Shown here: piece after piece, positions 29,668-40,144 of the stretch
How positions within the stretch are numbered: the first letter of the stretch is position 1
How the letters are laid out: every line of letters begins with the position of its first letter
Origin: an uncultured bacterium
GTDB lineage: Bacteria; JAGOEH01
Direction: 5' to 3'
Assembly: GCA_964632485.1 (NCBI GenBank)
Contig: CAZWDO010000009.1
Location: forward strand, 76,850-140,849
Length of the DNA stretch: 64,000 nt
Program-made: the position numbers and the translations under genes
Notes under the pieces: generated by a model
Databases searched by the model: none
What the model saw: only the letters and a program-made list of their open reading frames with translations
Told to the model about the DNA's origin: nothing

Positions 29668-30755
29668 AGTTGTTGGTAAACCTTGCTATGTTGTTGGGCG
29701 ATAATTGGCCAAGAATGATAGGTCTGAATGAAGTGCGCCAAAATTTCTGCTTCGCGGATAAATAAAGCTGGGTTATTGGTAAATCGTCGCAATTGTTGAA
29801 ATATCTTATCGGGAGTCACGGTTTTAATCATTGAGCAGGGTAAACGCCTTGATAATTCTCGGGGTGTTGATGGACCTGAATTGCAGATCATTGGAATACC
29901 CAATCCGGCGCTCCCGATAAAACTGGTGCGGCGGAGACTGATCCCATCACGAAAAAAGAGACAGGAAAGATCAGAGGCAAGCAATTCCTGTTCAACTTCA
30001 TCTTCAGTTAAAAAACCGCTGCATTCGACCTCTGATTTCAATTCCCAGCGAGTGATCATATCTTCATATTTTTTTTGTTGCGCCAGTGAAATATTTGTCC
30101 AGCCGGGAATCAGGCGTAAAGTAACGGGCCCGATTTCACGGCGATACTGGTTAATCGCCGGTAATATCCTATCCAGCAGGCGATTGGGATGAGGAAACCC
30201 GTATATCGTTACGCGCAAATGATTTTTTTGATCCCCTTGACTCCATCGGCTTCGCCATGGCAGATTCGCTCCGATGGGAATTTGAAAGACGAGCTTACCC
30301 CATTTTTTAAAGCGTTTAGAATCTTCTTTAGTGGTGCCTACTAAAGCATGACAAAAAAGAGCTGCCAGGCGGAGCCGAACCCGGTTTAATGGATGCAGGG
30401 TGCGATAATCATGCAATGTAACGAGTTGAATATATTTTCGGTTTCGAACACGGCAATAAAACATCCAAAAAAGAAATAATAAATCCATACGAAACCCGCG
30501 AGTGATCAGATGCCAGTGAATCAGACCTCCAGAGGGAAACCTTTCCAAGTGAGCCAGTTGGGCAGGATAAGGAGCATATTCGATTCCTGGTAATTGACTC
30601 GATTCCGGTGGAATACGGGGCGTGACCAGCATAATTTGCAGCCTGTCGGCAAGCGCCGACAAGACATGAAAAATATAATCGCCAATTCCGCAGGGCTGAG
30701 GTGGGTATGAACCGGTTACAATAATGATTTGGTAAGGTGGTTGTTTCTTAATCAT
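29652..30755 (-). CDS. GT-B glycosyltransferase (GT4-like)
   Basis: YPPQPCGIGDY, VTLHD, IPIGAN, DGISLRRTS patterns; operon context. Confidence 0.75.
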   Translation of the reverse strand: MIKKQPPYQIIIVTGSYPPQPCGIGDYIFHVLSALADRLQIMLVTPRIPPESSQLPGIEYAPYPAQLAHLERFPSGGLIHWHLITRGFRMDLLFLFWMFYCRVRNRKYIQLVTLHDYRTLHPLNRVRLRLAALFCHALVGTTKEDSKRFKKWGKLVFQIPIGANLPWRSRWSQGDQKNHLRVTIYGFPHPNRLLDRILPAINQYRREIGPVTLRLIPGWTNISLAQQKKYEDMITRWELKSEVECSGFLTEDEVEQELLASDLSCLFFRDGISLRRTSFIGSAGLGIPMICNSGPSTPRELSRRLPCSMIKTVTPDKIFQQLRRFTNNPALFIREAEILAHFIQTYHSWPIIAQQHSKVYQQLCIKK

Positions 30756-30787
30756 TGGAAGAATCCTGGCTTAGAATCGACAGAAAT

Positions 30788-32152
30788 TCACGCGCTGACT
30801 CGGTGAAAAAGAGCAATCGATTCGATATGAGGCGTCTGAGGAAACATATCTACCGGTTGTAATGCGGCAAGTCTATATCGCCCCCCCTGACAAATAAAGC
30901 TTGCATCCCGGGCCAGTGTATCGGGATTGCAGGAAATATATATAATTTTTACCGGCGCTATCCGATGGATTAGCTGGATAGCTGACGGAGGAACGCCGGG
31001 CCTGGGCGGATCTACAACAACAGTCGTAAAATTGGTATCGAAAAGAGTGGGGGATAGTTTTCCGACATCGGCTTGAATAAAGCGGCAATTGGCAATCCCC
31101 TGACGTTTGCAATTTTCTTCCGCCATTTGGACCGATGCTTCCACCATTTCGACTCCGCAGACAGATTCAACATGAGACGCCATAATCAAAGAAATTGCGC
31201 CTACACCGCAAAAGAGTTCCAATACACGGTCCTGGGAATTAAGCTCAGCCAACTCCATCGCTCGGTTGAAAAGATGTTCCGCCTGAAGAGGATTGCTTTG
31301 GAAAAAAGTTTGAGGGCCGATCTGGAATTGTATATTGTTTAAATTTTCTCGGATGAATCCAGCGCCGGTAATCGTCCTGTATCGGTCGGCGGTGGCGATC
31401 GCGGCGTAATTCAGGGAAATGCCATGGACCAGGGACAGATTTTTCGGCAATTGTCCGGCCAGATAGTCGAGAAGCTGTTCCACTTCACAGGGCTGCTGAT
31501 CGGTTGTGATCAGAGTGAGCAGCCATTCGTCGCGAGACCAACTGTAACGTATTATGGCAAATCGGAGAGTTCCGGTATGCTTGATATTATGGTATGAAAT
31601 CAATTTTAATTCCTGGGCGCGGGAACGGATTAGCCCTAAAAAATCCATCATGGGAGCGGGTCCCAAAAGACAACCGGTTGTGTCGAAAACGCCGGCCCAA
31701 CTGCCGCTATAGTGCAGCCCCAATGTTAATTGGTCCAGGTTGCCGCCAAATGAAAATTCCATTTTATTCCGGTAATGCAATGGATCAGGCGCGCCCATAA
31801 TGGGTAATAGAGGTAAAGAATCACGAAACCCACCGAGATGTTGAAATGCGCCCGCCAGAATTTGTTCTTTGGCATGAAGTTGTGTTTCATAGCGAATCAT
31901 TTGCCATTTGCAGCCCCCGCAATCCCCAGCATGGGGACAAGCGGGAGCGCAACGGTCCGGGGATGGTTCTAAAAGAGAAATTAACTGGGCCTGAGCATAA
32001 TGGTTTTTGCGTTTGGTGAGTCGGATGGACGCCCGATCTCCGGGAACCGTTTCCGAAACAAAGACTACCATTCCATCGGGCAAAGTTGCCAGACCGTTGC
32101 CGCCGGAAACTAACGAAGTTATTTCCACAGTGATTTCCTGGTTTTTATTCAT
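30788..32152 (-). CDS. rlmD: 23S rRNA m5U methyltransferase
   Basis: TRAM domain, CPHAGDCGGC Fe-S motif, FFQSN, DPPR, YISCNP, DMFPQTPHIE. Confidence 0.93.
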   Translation of the reverse strand: MNKNQEITVEITSLVSGGNGLATLPDGMVVFVSETVPGDRASIRLTKRKNHYAQAQLISLLEPSPDRCAPACPHAGDCGGCKWQMIRYETQLHAKEQILAGAFQHLGGFRDSLPLLPIMGAPDPLHYRNKMEFSFGGNLDQLTLGLHYSGSWAGVFDTTGCLLGPAPMMDFLGLIRSRAQELKLISYHNIKHTGTLRFAIIRYSWSRDEWLLTLITTDQQPCEVEQLLDYLAGQLPKNLSLVHGISLNYAAIATADRYRTITGAGFIRENLNNIQFQIGPQTFFQSNPLQAEHLFNRAMELAELNSQDRVLELFCGVGAISLIMASHVESVCGVEMVEASVQMAEENCKRQGIANCRFIQADVGKLSPTLFDTNFTTVVVDPPRPGVPPSAIQLIHRIAPVKIIYISCNPDTLARDASFICQGGRYRLAALQPVDMFPQTPHIESIALFHRVSA

Positions 32153-32374
32153 AGCTACTATAATAAATGATTAACGCTTGGAAGTCAAGTAATTTTTTTT
32201 AAAAAAGTTGACAAGCGGTAATGATGGATTTAAATTATAAAAAAGGTAGTTTTAAAATTTATTTCAAATTCGAATTTCAGCGCCTTGTTTCGTTTGGAAT
32301 AGATTAAATTGGAACGATAGAAACCTGTTTTACTAAATGTTAGTGAATCGAACTATCCAGTATCCCTGATTGAA

Positions 32375-33133
32375 GTGAGGTCTCCTATTTTTTTAAAAAA
32401 TGATCGCCGAGTTTTTGTAGTTGCATATTGTCAGTGGCTCATAATATATTTCTGGATGGTAGCGCAGGCGCATGGCGATAATCGATACCGCGATTACGCT
32501 CACAATTGGCAAACCTATTCCTTAATAGCGCAGGATGAGATGAGATTTGTCGGCGCTACATGTCATGCCGCAGTCGGTTATACCCGGTTGTATAGCCTTG
32601 CCAATCTCGGCCGGCAATCGCTTGACGTTCATTGGGGGCCATTCTATTTCAGTTATGTCCAGATGCCGGGAAGCCTCATCCGCCAAACGGTTTTTTATCA
32701 TGAGACCCGATTCCGTCGGGGTGTTTGGCAGCTCAATTTGGGTGTGGAACGATGGAGAGAGGAATTGCCCGGGATATGGCATGAAACCGGCTGGGGGGGT
32801 AGCCTGACTGGTGGCGTCCATGGAGAGAGAGCCATTCTGTTAACATGCCTCAACCAGAACAGTTTGACGTGTAGCGCTGCCTGGCAAGAGCTTTCCTGGT
32901 TGCTTGAGTTGAGTGTTTATCGCGAATTTGAGAATAGTCAAAGTGAGATATCGCCGCGCATTGTTTGGACAATCAGCCCGGAATGGAGCGCTGAAGTCAA
33001 TTATTATACTGTGAGCGGCATGTTTCAATATGGCATCAATGGCCGTCAGGGATGGCTTATGTGGAGTTTTGGCGGTCGTATTCATCCGTTATTACCACCG
33101 ACTTTTTATTTTCGAACCGGAGTGAGTTCATGA
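32375..33133 (+). CDS. Putative outer-membrane beta-strand-rich protein
   Basis: Hydrophobic N-terminus, aromatic-rich alternating pattern, HPLL motif near C-terminus; ATGA-coupled to the next gene; start uncertain. Confidence 0.5.
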   Translation: MRSPIFLKNDRRVFVVAYCQWLIIYFWMVAQAHGDNRYRDYAHNWQTYSLIAQDEMRFVGATCHAAVGYTRLYSLANLGRQSLDVHWGPFYFSYVQMPGSLIRQTVFYHETRFRRGVWQLNLGVERWREELPGIWHETGWGGSLTGGVHGERAILLTCLNQNSLTCSAAWQELSWLLELSVYREFENSQSEISPRIVWTISPEWSAEVNYYTVSGMFQYGINGRQGWLMWSFGGRIHPLLPPTFYFRTGVSS

Positions 33134-35022
33134 TACGCGTTTTTTTGTTTATAGGTTGTTTGCTCTCGATCAGTTTAGCCGAATTGCCGGCTTTGTTGGA
33201 AGATTATCTAGCTCGATATGGCCATGAAATGCTGCCTGATGAAGCTTTGCTGGAACTGGAGGGGATTTATGACCGGCGGCCCTGGTTGACGCAATTGACT
33301 GAAGAGGAACTATCTGCTTTCTTTTTTTTAACGATTGGCCAACAGGAATGGATGGCCCGTAATCACCCATTAGACATTAAAACATTGAGAGACAGCGCAA
33401 TTGTCACGGATCGCGAGAAATTGGCGCTGTTGCGAGTTTTTGTGCGGGAAGGCGATCCGCGACGGGTTAAAGAGAATGATTACTTCGCTAAAGCCGCTGT
33501 TCGCATCCATGAACGCTATCCTCATATTCCCGATACAAGCTGGCATGGCGCGCCAGTGAATTTTTACAGTCAATGGGAAATCCGCTATGGAAGCTATTCC
33601 GCCCATCTGACCAGCGAGAAGGATTGGCAGGAGACGAACTGGCTTGATTATATCGGTTTTGCCATAACCAAAGAATTTTCTCCTCAAACACGTTTGTTGG
33701 CAGGAGATTTCCAGATTAACTGGCAGCAGGGACTGGTTTGCCGGCAAAGTTTATCGATTGATAACCTGGCCGATAACCCCGCATTTATTCAAAAAAAAAC
33801 ACGCAGCATGAGCCCTTATCGCGGTCAGGCGGTTAATACCGGATTTCGTGGTTGCGCTTTCCGGGGAGCGTTTGGCGGTTGGCTTTATGAGACCTTTGCC
33901 GCATATACCCATTATGATGCCAACTTTAATAGCCGGGGTGAGATCACTTCCTTCTATAATGACGGGTACCACAGGGATGAACGGGAAGAGGAGAAGCGAA
34001 ACCGTTTACTGGAAAAATCATTTGGCGGGTATCTGGAAAGACGGTTTAATCAATCGGCATGGTCAGCGGCATTTTATACGGCCGATTATTCTCCTTCCTT
34101 TACGACAGAATTGGACGATCGTAGTGCCAATGATTTTAAGGGGAATCAGCAATGGGTGTTGGGAGGCGCGGGACAATGGCAATTGCCGTATCAGGTCAGT
34201 TGGAGCGGTGAAGGAGCTTTAAGCCGCAATGGAGCGGGCGCCGGATTGAGTCAGTTGGTATATCACCAGAGCGATTTGAGCCTGGCTTTGCATTTTCATT
34301 ACTATTCCGCCAGTTTTCAAAATTTTCATAGCTCTGCTTATGCCATTGGGAGTCAGAATCGCAATGAATTGGGTATCGCCCTGGCGGCGCAAAAAAAATG
34401 GCCGGGAGGACACCGACTTTCCGTAGTATGGGAAAACGCTAAAAACCCGGAACGCACCTATTACTCAATTTTTGGCGAAAAAACGCGCCACCGGTTAATC
34501 AGATATGAATACCGCCAAATACAGATCGATTTCAAATCGACCAGCAATCAACGTTTTAATACCACTTTGTCGCGAGATATCACTGAAGATCAGCAAACGG
34601 TTCGTATGACCGTTGATCAGGGATTAAACAAATATTTTAATGTTTGGGGTCGGGTGGAATATCATCGGTACATTGAAACGAATCAATCCGCGCAAAACGG
34701 ATTTTTAGCATCGGTTCGCATGAGCTGGCGCAAGAATTCATGGAAAAGCCATTGGCAATTAGCCTGGTTTGATACGGATAGTTATGATACGCGAATCTAT
34801 CTTTATTGTTATGAATTACCGGGATTGTGGAGTATCCCGGCGTTTGAGGGCGCTGGATGGCATACTTATTGGACCGGTAGTTATTCATACAATGGATGGT
34901 TAGTTCAAATAAAAACAGCCATCACGATCTATCCTCATGGGAAGACTTATAGTGATGGCCGTGATGGTAAAATATTTTATACCTGCGGGGGGTATGTAAC
35001 TAAGCTTGTTCCACTGCCTTGA
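33130..35022 (+). CDS. Putative outer-membrane protein resembling Bacteroidota ComEA/HhH-domain barrel proteins
   Basis: Signal peptide, EEELSAFFFL (HhH-like), EKD..E, GDFQINWQQGL, FDTDSYDTRIY..E..L patterns. Confidence 0.6.
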   Translation: MIRVFLFIGCLLSISLAELPALLEDYLARYGHEMLPDEALLELEGIYDRRPWLTQLTEEELSAFFFLTIGQQEWMARNHPLDIKTLRDSAIVTDREKLALLRVFVREGDPRRVKENDYFAKAAVRIHERYPHIPDTSWHGAPVNFYSQWEIRYGSYSAHLTSEKDWQETNWLDYIGFAITKEFSPQTRLLAGDFQINWQQGLVCRQSLSIDNLADNPAFIQKKTRSMSPYRGQAVNTGFRGCAFRGAFGGWLYETFAAYTHYDANFNSRGEITSFYNDGYHRDEREEEKRNRLLEKSFGGYLERRFNQSAWSAAFYTADYSPSFTTELDDRSANDFKGNQQWVLGGAGQWQLPYQVSWSGEGALSRNGAGAGLSQLVYHQSDLSLALHFHYYSASFQNFHSSAYAIGSQNRNELGIALAAQKKWPGGHRLSVVWENAKNPERTYYSIFGEKTRHRLIRYEYRQIQIDFKSTSNQRFNTTLSRDITEDQQTVRMTVDQGLNKYFNVWGRVEYHRYIETNQSAQNGFLASVRMSWRKNSWKSHWQLAWFDTDSYDTRIYLYCYELPGLWSIPAFEGAGWHTYWTGSYSYNGWLVQIKTAITIYPHGKTYSDGRDGKIFYTCGGYVTKLVPLP

Positions 35023-35218
35023 TTTCCGGCAATGCCATCTTTAATGCGCGTTCAACGCCCTGTTTAAGAGTCATCACGGAAAACGGACACGTACCGCAGG
35101 CCCCGGTTAATTGAACATAGACAATATTATCCCGGTAACTGACGAAATGAATGTCTCCGCCGTCGGCTTGTAAACTGGGCCGAATTTTTTCAATTTCTGC
35201 AATAATTTTTTCTTCCAT
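35000..35218 (-). CDS. NifU C-terminal (Nfu) Fe-S carrier
   Basis: IRPSLQADGGD and GACGTCP motifs. Confidence 0.92.
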   Translation of the reverse strand: MEEKIIAEIEKIRPSLQADGGDIHFVSYRDNIVYVQLTGACGTCPFSVMTLKQGVERALKMALPEIKAVEQA

Positions 35219-35230
35219 AGTTCTACTCCT

Positions 35231-35264
35231 GAAAAAAACCGGAGGCGAGGATTCCCCTCCGGTT
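35231..35264 (-). terminator. Intrinsic terminator between ferredoxin and nfu
   Basis: Minus strand AACCGGAGG-loop-CCTCCGGTT running into a T tract. Confidence 0.7.
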
Positions 35265-35271
35265 AATAAAT

Positions 35272-35439
35272 TTATTCCGGTTTAGGCGCGCCAACCGGAC
35301 ACACATCGGCGCATCCGCCACAATCGGTGCATTTGGCGGAATCGATGACGTAAATATCACCCTCGGTGATCGCATCAACGGGGCATGCGCTTATACAAGC
35401 GCCACAAGCGATACATTCCTCAGAAATTTTGTAAGCCAT
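35272..35439 (-). CDS. fdx: 2[4Fe-4S] clostridial-type ferredoxin, 55 aa (absent from ORF track)
   Basis: Hand translation [55 protein letters not shown]; two CxxCxxCxxxCP motifs; AGGAG RBS. Confidence 0.96.
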   Translation of the reverse strand: MAYKISEECIACGACISACPVDAITEGDIYVIDSAKCTDCGGCADVCPVGAPKPE

Positions 35440-35586
35440 GTCTAACTCCTTTTTTGAAATTATTCCATCATATATAATATTTTTTCAGGTAATTGGCAAG
35501 AGAATTTTTTTTGTTTATTCATTTTTTTTATTTTTTACATTGACAATTAACTGATTTTTGGCTTTATTAAATTATAGGAGACCTAT

Positions 35587-37389
35587 ATGCTAAATAGCCA
35601 ACTTGCTAAAATGAAGGAATACCTTGAGGATTTCCTGTCTATTGCCAGAAAAGTCCGGGACAATATAGAACAAAATCCGGATGAATTGGAATATGCCGAT
35701 CTTGTGGCAATCCAAAAGAGACTTGACGATATTTTTGATTTATTATTAAAAGATAATGAAACAGATAACCCTGCATTAGGCGTTGAAGAGCAATCCTCAT
35801 CTTTGATTCAGCCGACTTCCCCCCCTCTTTTGCAAAGCCTTCAGGGTGATAAAAGAATTCATTTAGCCATTATCGACGATGAGCCTTCCATTCTCCACAT
35901 CTTTCAGGAATTTTTCAATGACAAACCCTTTGACGTCCACTATTTAGATTCAGGTCTTAAATTATTCCCTCTTATAAAACAGGGGGTCCCATTCGATGTT
36001 ATTGTCAGTGATGTGCGTATGCCGGGTTTGGACGGAGTGGAACTGCTGAAAGAGATAAAAAATTCGCCGCGCCATAAAACAGAAATTATTCTGATGTCCG
36101 CTTACCGCGATGTGAATGTGCTGATGGAAGCAATTAACCTGGGCGCGTTCAGCTTTATATTTAAGCCATTGAATTTTGACTATATAATCAATCAAATATA
36201 TAAAGCGTTTCATTATCGTAACCTGCAGGAAGATGAACAGATCATTGAAAATCGAATCCAAACTCGTTACCAGGATTTAACATCCAGAATCCAAGGCGAT
36301 CATAACCGCTTGCAAAATATATTTGATTCATTGACGTCCCTGGTTTTAATCATTGATAAAAAATTCAATATCATTAATTCCAATTATCATCGTTTGGAAA
36401 CGCTTCCATTGAAACAGGGTAAAAATGCCTCTACCTTGTGTGAATTAATTAACTGCAGCGTTTGCGAGCAGTGTCCGTTTTTAAAAACAATCGAACAATT
36501 GGACCAACAATCCGATATTCACTGCCAGGTAACCCTGAGGCGCAAAGAAGATGAGCAATTATATTACCTATTTCTTGGCGTTCGTGTATTTGATTCCGCC
36601 AAAAAAACCTATGTCCTTATTATAGATGATATTACCCACCAGAAAGAAATGGAATTGCGTATTCTCCATAACGATCGTTTGATATCGTTGGGTCGGCTTG
36701 CCATGAGCATTGCGCATGAAATCAATCAACCTCTTAATGGAATTAACGCCATTGTCCAGGGCCATCAGTTTCGTTTGCAACGCGGCCAGGATATTCCGGT
36801 TAAGCGATTAGACCAGGATTATAAACTGATTATCGACCAAATTCGGAATATTACTTCAATTATTGACCAATTGCGATTGTTTGGACGAACTTATAAACAT
36901 ATTTCGACGGAGAAAATTGAGTTAAAGGAATTAATTCATAAAACCCTGATTTTGATCAACTATAATCTAAAGCAACAGCGCATTGAATTGATCATTGATT
37001 TGAGTAAGGAGACGATCAATTTTATAGCGAATGCTTTTCAGATCCAGCAGGTGATTATTAATTTATTGCATAATGCGGCCGAGAGCATTGAAGAAAAAAT
37101 GCGCAAATTTGAGCAGTTCAAAACTCCGCAAATCAAGCTTTCGCTTTACAAAGATGACCGCTTCATTCACCTGACTGTCAACGACAACGGAATGGGCATC
37201 CCCCTTGAAGACCGATACCGGATTTTTGATCCTTTTTTTACAACAAAGGAGGCGCAGGGAGGTACCGGGCTGGGTTTATCCATCAGCTATGGGATTATAA
37301 AATCGTACAATGGCGATATTGAAGTAAACTCCGATTACACACACTATGCCACCTTTCATATTAAACTTCCGCAGATGCGCGAAGAATAG
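35587..37389 (+). CDS. Hybrid REC-PAS-histidine kinase
   Basis: REC (IDDE, SDVRMP), PAS-like region, H-box AHEINQPL, N/G boxes DNGMGI, FFTTK, GTGLGL. Confidence 0.92.
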   Translation: MLNSQLAKMKEYLEDFLSIARKVRDNIEQNPDELEYADLVAIQKRLDDIFDLLLKDNETDNPALGVEEQSSSLIQPTSPPLLQSLQGDKRIHLAIIDDEPSILHIFQEFFNDKPFDVHYLDSGLKLFPLIKQGVPFDVIVSDVRMPGLDGVELLKEIKNSPRHKTEIILMSAYRDVNVLMEAINLGAFSFIFKPLNFDYIINQIYKAFHYRNLQEDEQIIENRIQTRYQDLTSRIQGDHNRLQNIFDSLTSLVLIIDKKFNIINSNYHRLETLPLKQGKNASTLCELINCSVCEQCPFLKTIEQLDQQSDIHCQVTLRRKEDEQLYYLFLGVRVFDSAKKTYVLIIDDITHQKEMELRILHNDRLISLGRLAMSIAHEINQPLNGINAIVQGHQFRLQRGQDIPVKRLDQDYKLIIDQIRNITSIIDQLRLFGRTYKHISTEKIELKELIHKTLILINYNLKQQRIELIIDLSKETINFIANAFQIQQVIINLLHNAAESIEEKMRKFEQFKTPQIKLSLYKDDRFIHLTVNDNGMGIPLEDRYRIFDPFFTTKEAQGGTGLGLSISYGIIKSYNGDIEVNSDYTHYATFHIKLPQMREE

Positions 37390-37439
37390 ATTTTGTCTTT
37401 CTGGAATAGCGGCGTATCTTGCAAAAAATTATTTTTCCC

Positions 37440-37468
37440 TTGACTTTTGGGGCAAGATATGTTAAAAT
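37440..37468 (+). promoter_or_regulatory. Sigma70 promoter of the pse operon
   Basis: TTGACT-17 nt-TAAAAT with extended TG. Confidence 0.7.
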
Positions 37469-37515
37469 AGCTATATATCTCCTGCGGAATTAAACTGTTT
37501 TCCGCTTATTTTTTA

Positions 37516-37540
37516 ACATTGACCAAGCGATAGCTATATA
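37516..37540 (+). promoter_or_regulatory. Conserved leader element, copy 1 (ops/JUMPstart-like)
   Basis: ACATTGACCAAGCGATAGCTATATA; 24/25 identical to 45242-45266. Confidence 0.6.
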
Positions 37541-37544
37541 AAAA

Positions 37545-38696
37545 ATGATTTATTATAGTCATCAAACCATTGCAGACGATGATATCGAGGCGTTGGTCTC
37601 GGCAGCGCGATCGTTCCATTTAACCCAGGGACCCCGAGTTGAGATTTTTGAACGTCACCTGGCCGAGTATTGCGGCGCCCGGTATGCGATAGCGTTAGCC
37701 AATGGTACGGCAGCTTTGCACCTGGCATATTTAGCTGCGGGCTTGAACTCCGGTGATGAGTTGATCACTTCGCCGATTTCATTTCTTGCAACGGCGAATG
37801 CCGCCCTTTATTGCGGTGCGAAACCTGTTTTTACCGATGTATTGCCCGAATTTCCTTTAATCGATCCCCAATGCGTGGAAAAACGTTTAACCTCTCGTAC
37901 CCGTGTTATAGTAACGGTTGATTTCGCCGGTTTTCCGGTCGATTATACCCGGTTTTTGCAACTGGCGCGCGAGTCCGAAACCGTACTTATTGCGGATGCG
38001 GCTCATGCCCTGGGCGCGGTTTATCGTGGTCAACGGGTGGGTTCATTGGCCGATATGACTGTTTTCAGCTTCCATCCCGTTAAATCGATTACTACCGGCG
38101 AAGGAGGCATGATCCTCACCGACAGTCCCGAATATGCCGAGCGCTTGCGGTTGCTGAGATCGCACGGCGCCACTAAGGAGTCCCGGCGATTGGAATCCTG
38201 CTCCCCGGGTCCCTGGTATTACGAAATGCAGGAACTGGGTTACAATTATCGCATTACCGACTTTCAATGCGCGTTGGGAATTTCGCAGATGCAAAAACTG
38301 GAACGCTTTATTCATCGACGTTCCATGCTGGCTCAGCGATATCGCGATCAACTCCAGGGAATCGAGGGTTTTATAATGCCGCCATCGGTTAACCATTTGG
38401 AGGATTCGAATGATCGTTCAGCCTGGCATCTATTCTCTTTGCAAATCGAATTCCAGCGGTTCGGCATCACGCGCGCTGAATTATTTGAAATTTTTGAGAA
38501 ACAGGGCATCACCCTTCAGGTTCATTATATTCCTATTCCCATGCAGCCTTATTACCGTCGACTCGGTTATAATGTTCAGGATTATCCTAACGCTTTGCGA
38601 TACTATAACCAGGCAATCAGTCTCCCATTATATCCCCAACTGACTGAAAACGAACAAGATCGGGTGATTCAACTATTGCGGCACTGCTTTTCGTAA
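37545..38696 (+). CDS. pseC: UDP-4-amino-4,6-dideoxy-AltNAc transaminase
   Basis: LTQGP, FSFHPVKSITTGEGG, WYYEMQELGYNYR, QVHYIP; adjacent to pseB. Confidence 0.9.
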   Translation: MIYYSHQTIADDDIEALVSAARSFHLTQGPRVEIFERHLAEYCGARYAIALANGTAALHLAYLAAGLNSGDELITSPISFLATANAALYCGAKPVFTDVLPEFPLIDPQCVEKRLTSRTRVIVTVDFAGFPVDYTRFLQLARESETVLIADAAHALGAVYRGQRVGSLADMTVFSFHPVKSITTGEGGMILTDSPEYAERLRLLRSHGATKESRRLESCSPGPWYYEMQELGYNYRITDFQCALGISQMQKLERFIHRRSMLAQRYRDQLQGIEGFIMPPSVNHLEDSNDRSAWHLFSLQIEFQRFGITRAELFEIFEKQGITLQVHYIPIPMQPYYRRLGYNVQDYPNALRYYNQAISLPLYPQLTENEQDRVIQLLRHCFS

Positions 38697-38793
38697 CCAG
38701 AATCGCCCCTGAATTTGGCTTTTCGGTTGATTTGTAGCTGATGGATTGCAATCCCCCTTAAACACTTTTTGACCCAACTGATGGAGTACAAGC

Positions 38794-39780
38794 ATGATCG
38801 ATTTGAATGATAAAAGCGTATTGATTACCGGTGGTACCGGTACTTTCGGTAAGGCTTTTGTGAAACGGGTATTAAATGATTATCGACCGTCCAAACTCGT
38901 TATTTTTAGTCGCGACGAGATGAAACAGTACGAAATGCAAAAGGAAATCCCCGCATCGCGCCAGGTGCGCTATTATATAGGCGATGTCCGGGACCCTGAA
39001 CGTTTGCATCGCGCGTTTCATGGCATTGATTTCGTTGTCCATGCCGCGGCCATGAAAATTATTCCTACCGGAGAATATAATCCTTTTGAAGTGGTGAAAA
39101 CCAATATTCTCGGCGCTCAGAATATTATTCAGGCCGCCATTGATCAAAAAGTGAAAAAAGTGTTGGCATTAAGCACCGATAAGGCCGTTAATCCGATTAA
39201 TCTTTATGGCGCTACAAAATTAGCGGCAGAAAAGCTGTTTGTGGCCGCTAATGTGTATACCGGCGATGCTAAATGCTGGTTCAGCGCCATTCGCTACGGC
39301 AACGTTATCAACAGTCGTGGCAGTGTGATCCCCTTGTGGCGGGAGCAACAGGCAACGGGTGAATTAACGGTTACTGATCCGGCCATGACTCGCTTTTTTG
39401 TAACGATTGAGCAAGTCGTTGAATTTGCGTTGACGGCGTTGAGTGAAATGCTCGGCGGAGAAATTTTCGTGCCTAAATTGCCGGCGTTGCGGATTGTCAA
39501 TCTGGCGGAGATTGTGGCGCCCGGTTGCCGTCATCGTTTCATCGGTACTCGGCCCGGTGAAAAGCTCCATGAAATTTTGATTTCGGAAGATGAAGCCCGC
39601 CACACGATTGAGCGGGGAAATCATTATCTGATCGCGCCTGAATTTTTACATAACATTGTAGAAGAGGATTACCGCAGCGCGCCGAAACTGCCCACTGGGT
39701 TTCGCTATAGCAGCGAACCCGTCGAAAATCTTCTGAACTCCGAGGAAATCAGCAAATTGCTAGCCCAGGCCAGGGTATAA
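38794..39780 (+). CDS. pseB: UDP-GlcNAc 4,6-dehydratase (inverting)
   Basis: TGGTGTFG, SRDEMKQ, STDKAVNPINLYGATK, RYGNVINSRGSV, MTRF, RPGEKLHE. Confidence 0.92.
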   Translation: MIDLNDKSVLITGGTGTFGKAFVKRVLNDYRPSKLVIFSRDEMKQYEMQKEIPASRQVRYYIGDVRDPERLHRAFHGIDFVVHAAAMKIIPTGEYNPFEVVKTNILGAQNIIQAAIDQKVKKVLALSTDKAVNPINLYGATKLAAEKLFVAANVYTGDAKCWFSAIRYGNVINSRGSVIPLWREQQATGELTVTDPAMTRFFVTIEQVVEFALTALSEMLGGEIFVPKLPALRIVNLAEIVAPGCRHRFIGTRPGEKLHEILISEDEARHTIERGNHYLIAPEFLHNIVEEDYRSAPKLPTGFRYSSEPVENLLNSEEISKLLAQARV

Positions 39781-39782
39781 AA

Positions 39783-40096
39783 TTGATCACCAACATCAAA
39801 GCGGCTTATCAGATTGATTATACAAAATGGAAAGATATTCTCCATGAAGTTTATCAATCGCGTTTAAAGGCGGCGGTAATTTTCGGCTCCTATGCCAGTT
39901 TATGCATACAGGTTCCTCAGATATCGATTTATTACAGATTGTCAGTGAAGAACACTCGCCTCGGGACTATCATCGCTTTGCCCTTGGCATTGAACCGCGT
40001 TTGGAATCGCCGATGTCGGTGAATCCGATGTTTCCTGCCTATACTCGAGTATTTGTGTCTAAGGCGCTTTATGTCATACTGACGCAAATGGATTAG
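39783..40096 (+). pseudogene. Frameshifted minimal nucleotidyltransferase (MNT-like)
   Basis: AVIFGSYA in one frame continues as HTGSSDIDLL in another; shift near 39897-39902. Confidence 0.7.
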
Positions 40097-40144
40097 GCAT
40101 TATTATGGGGCTAACCAAGCAACTACAACAAGTTGAGAACCGGA

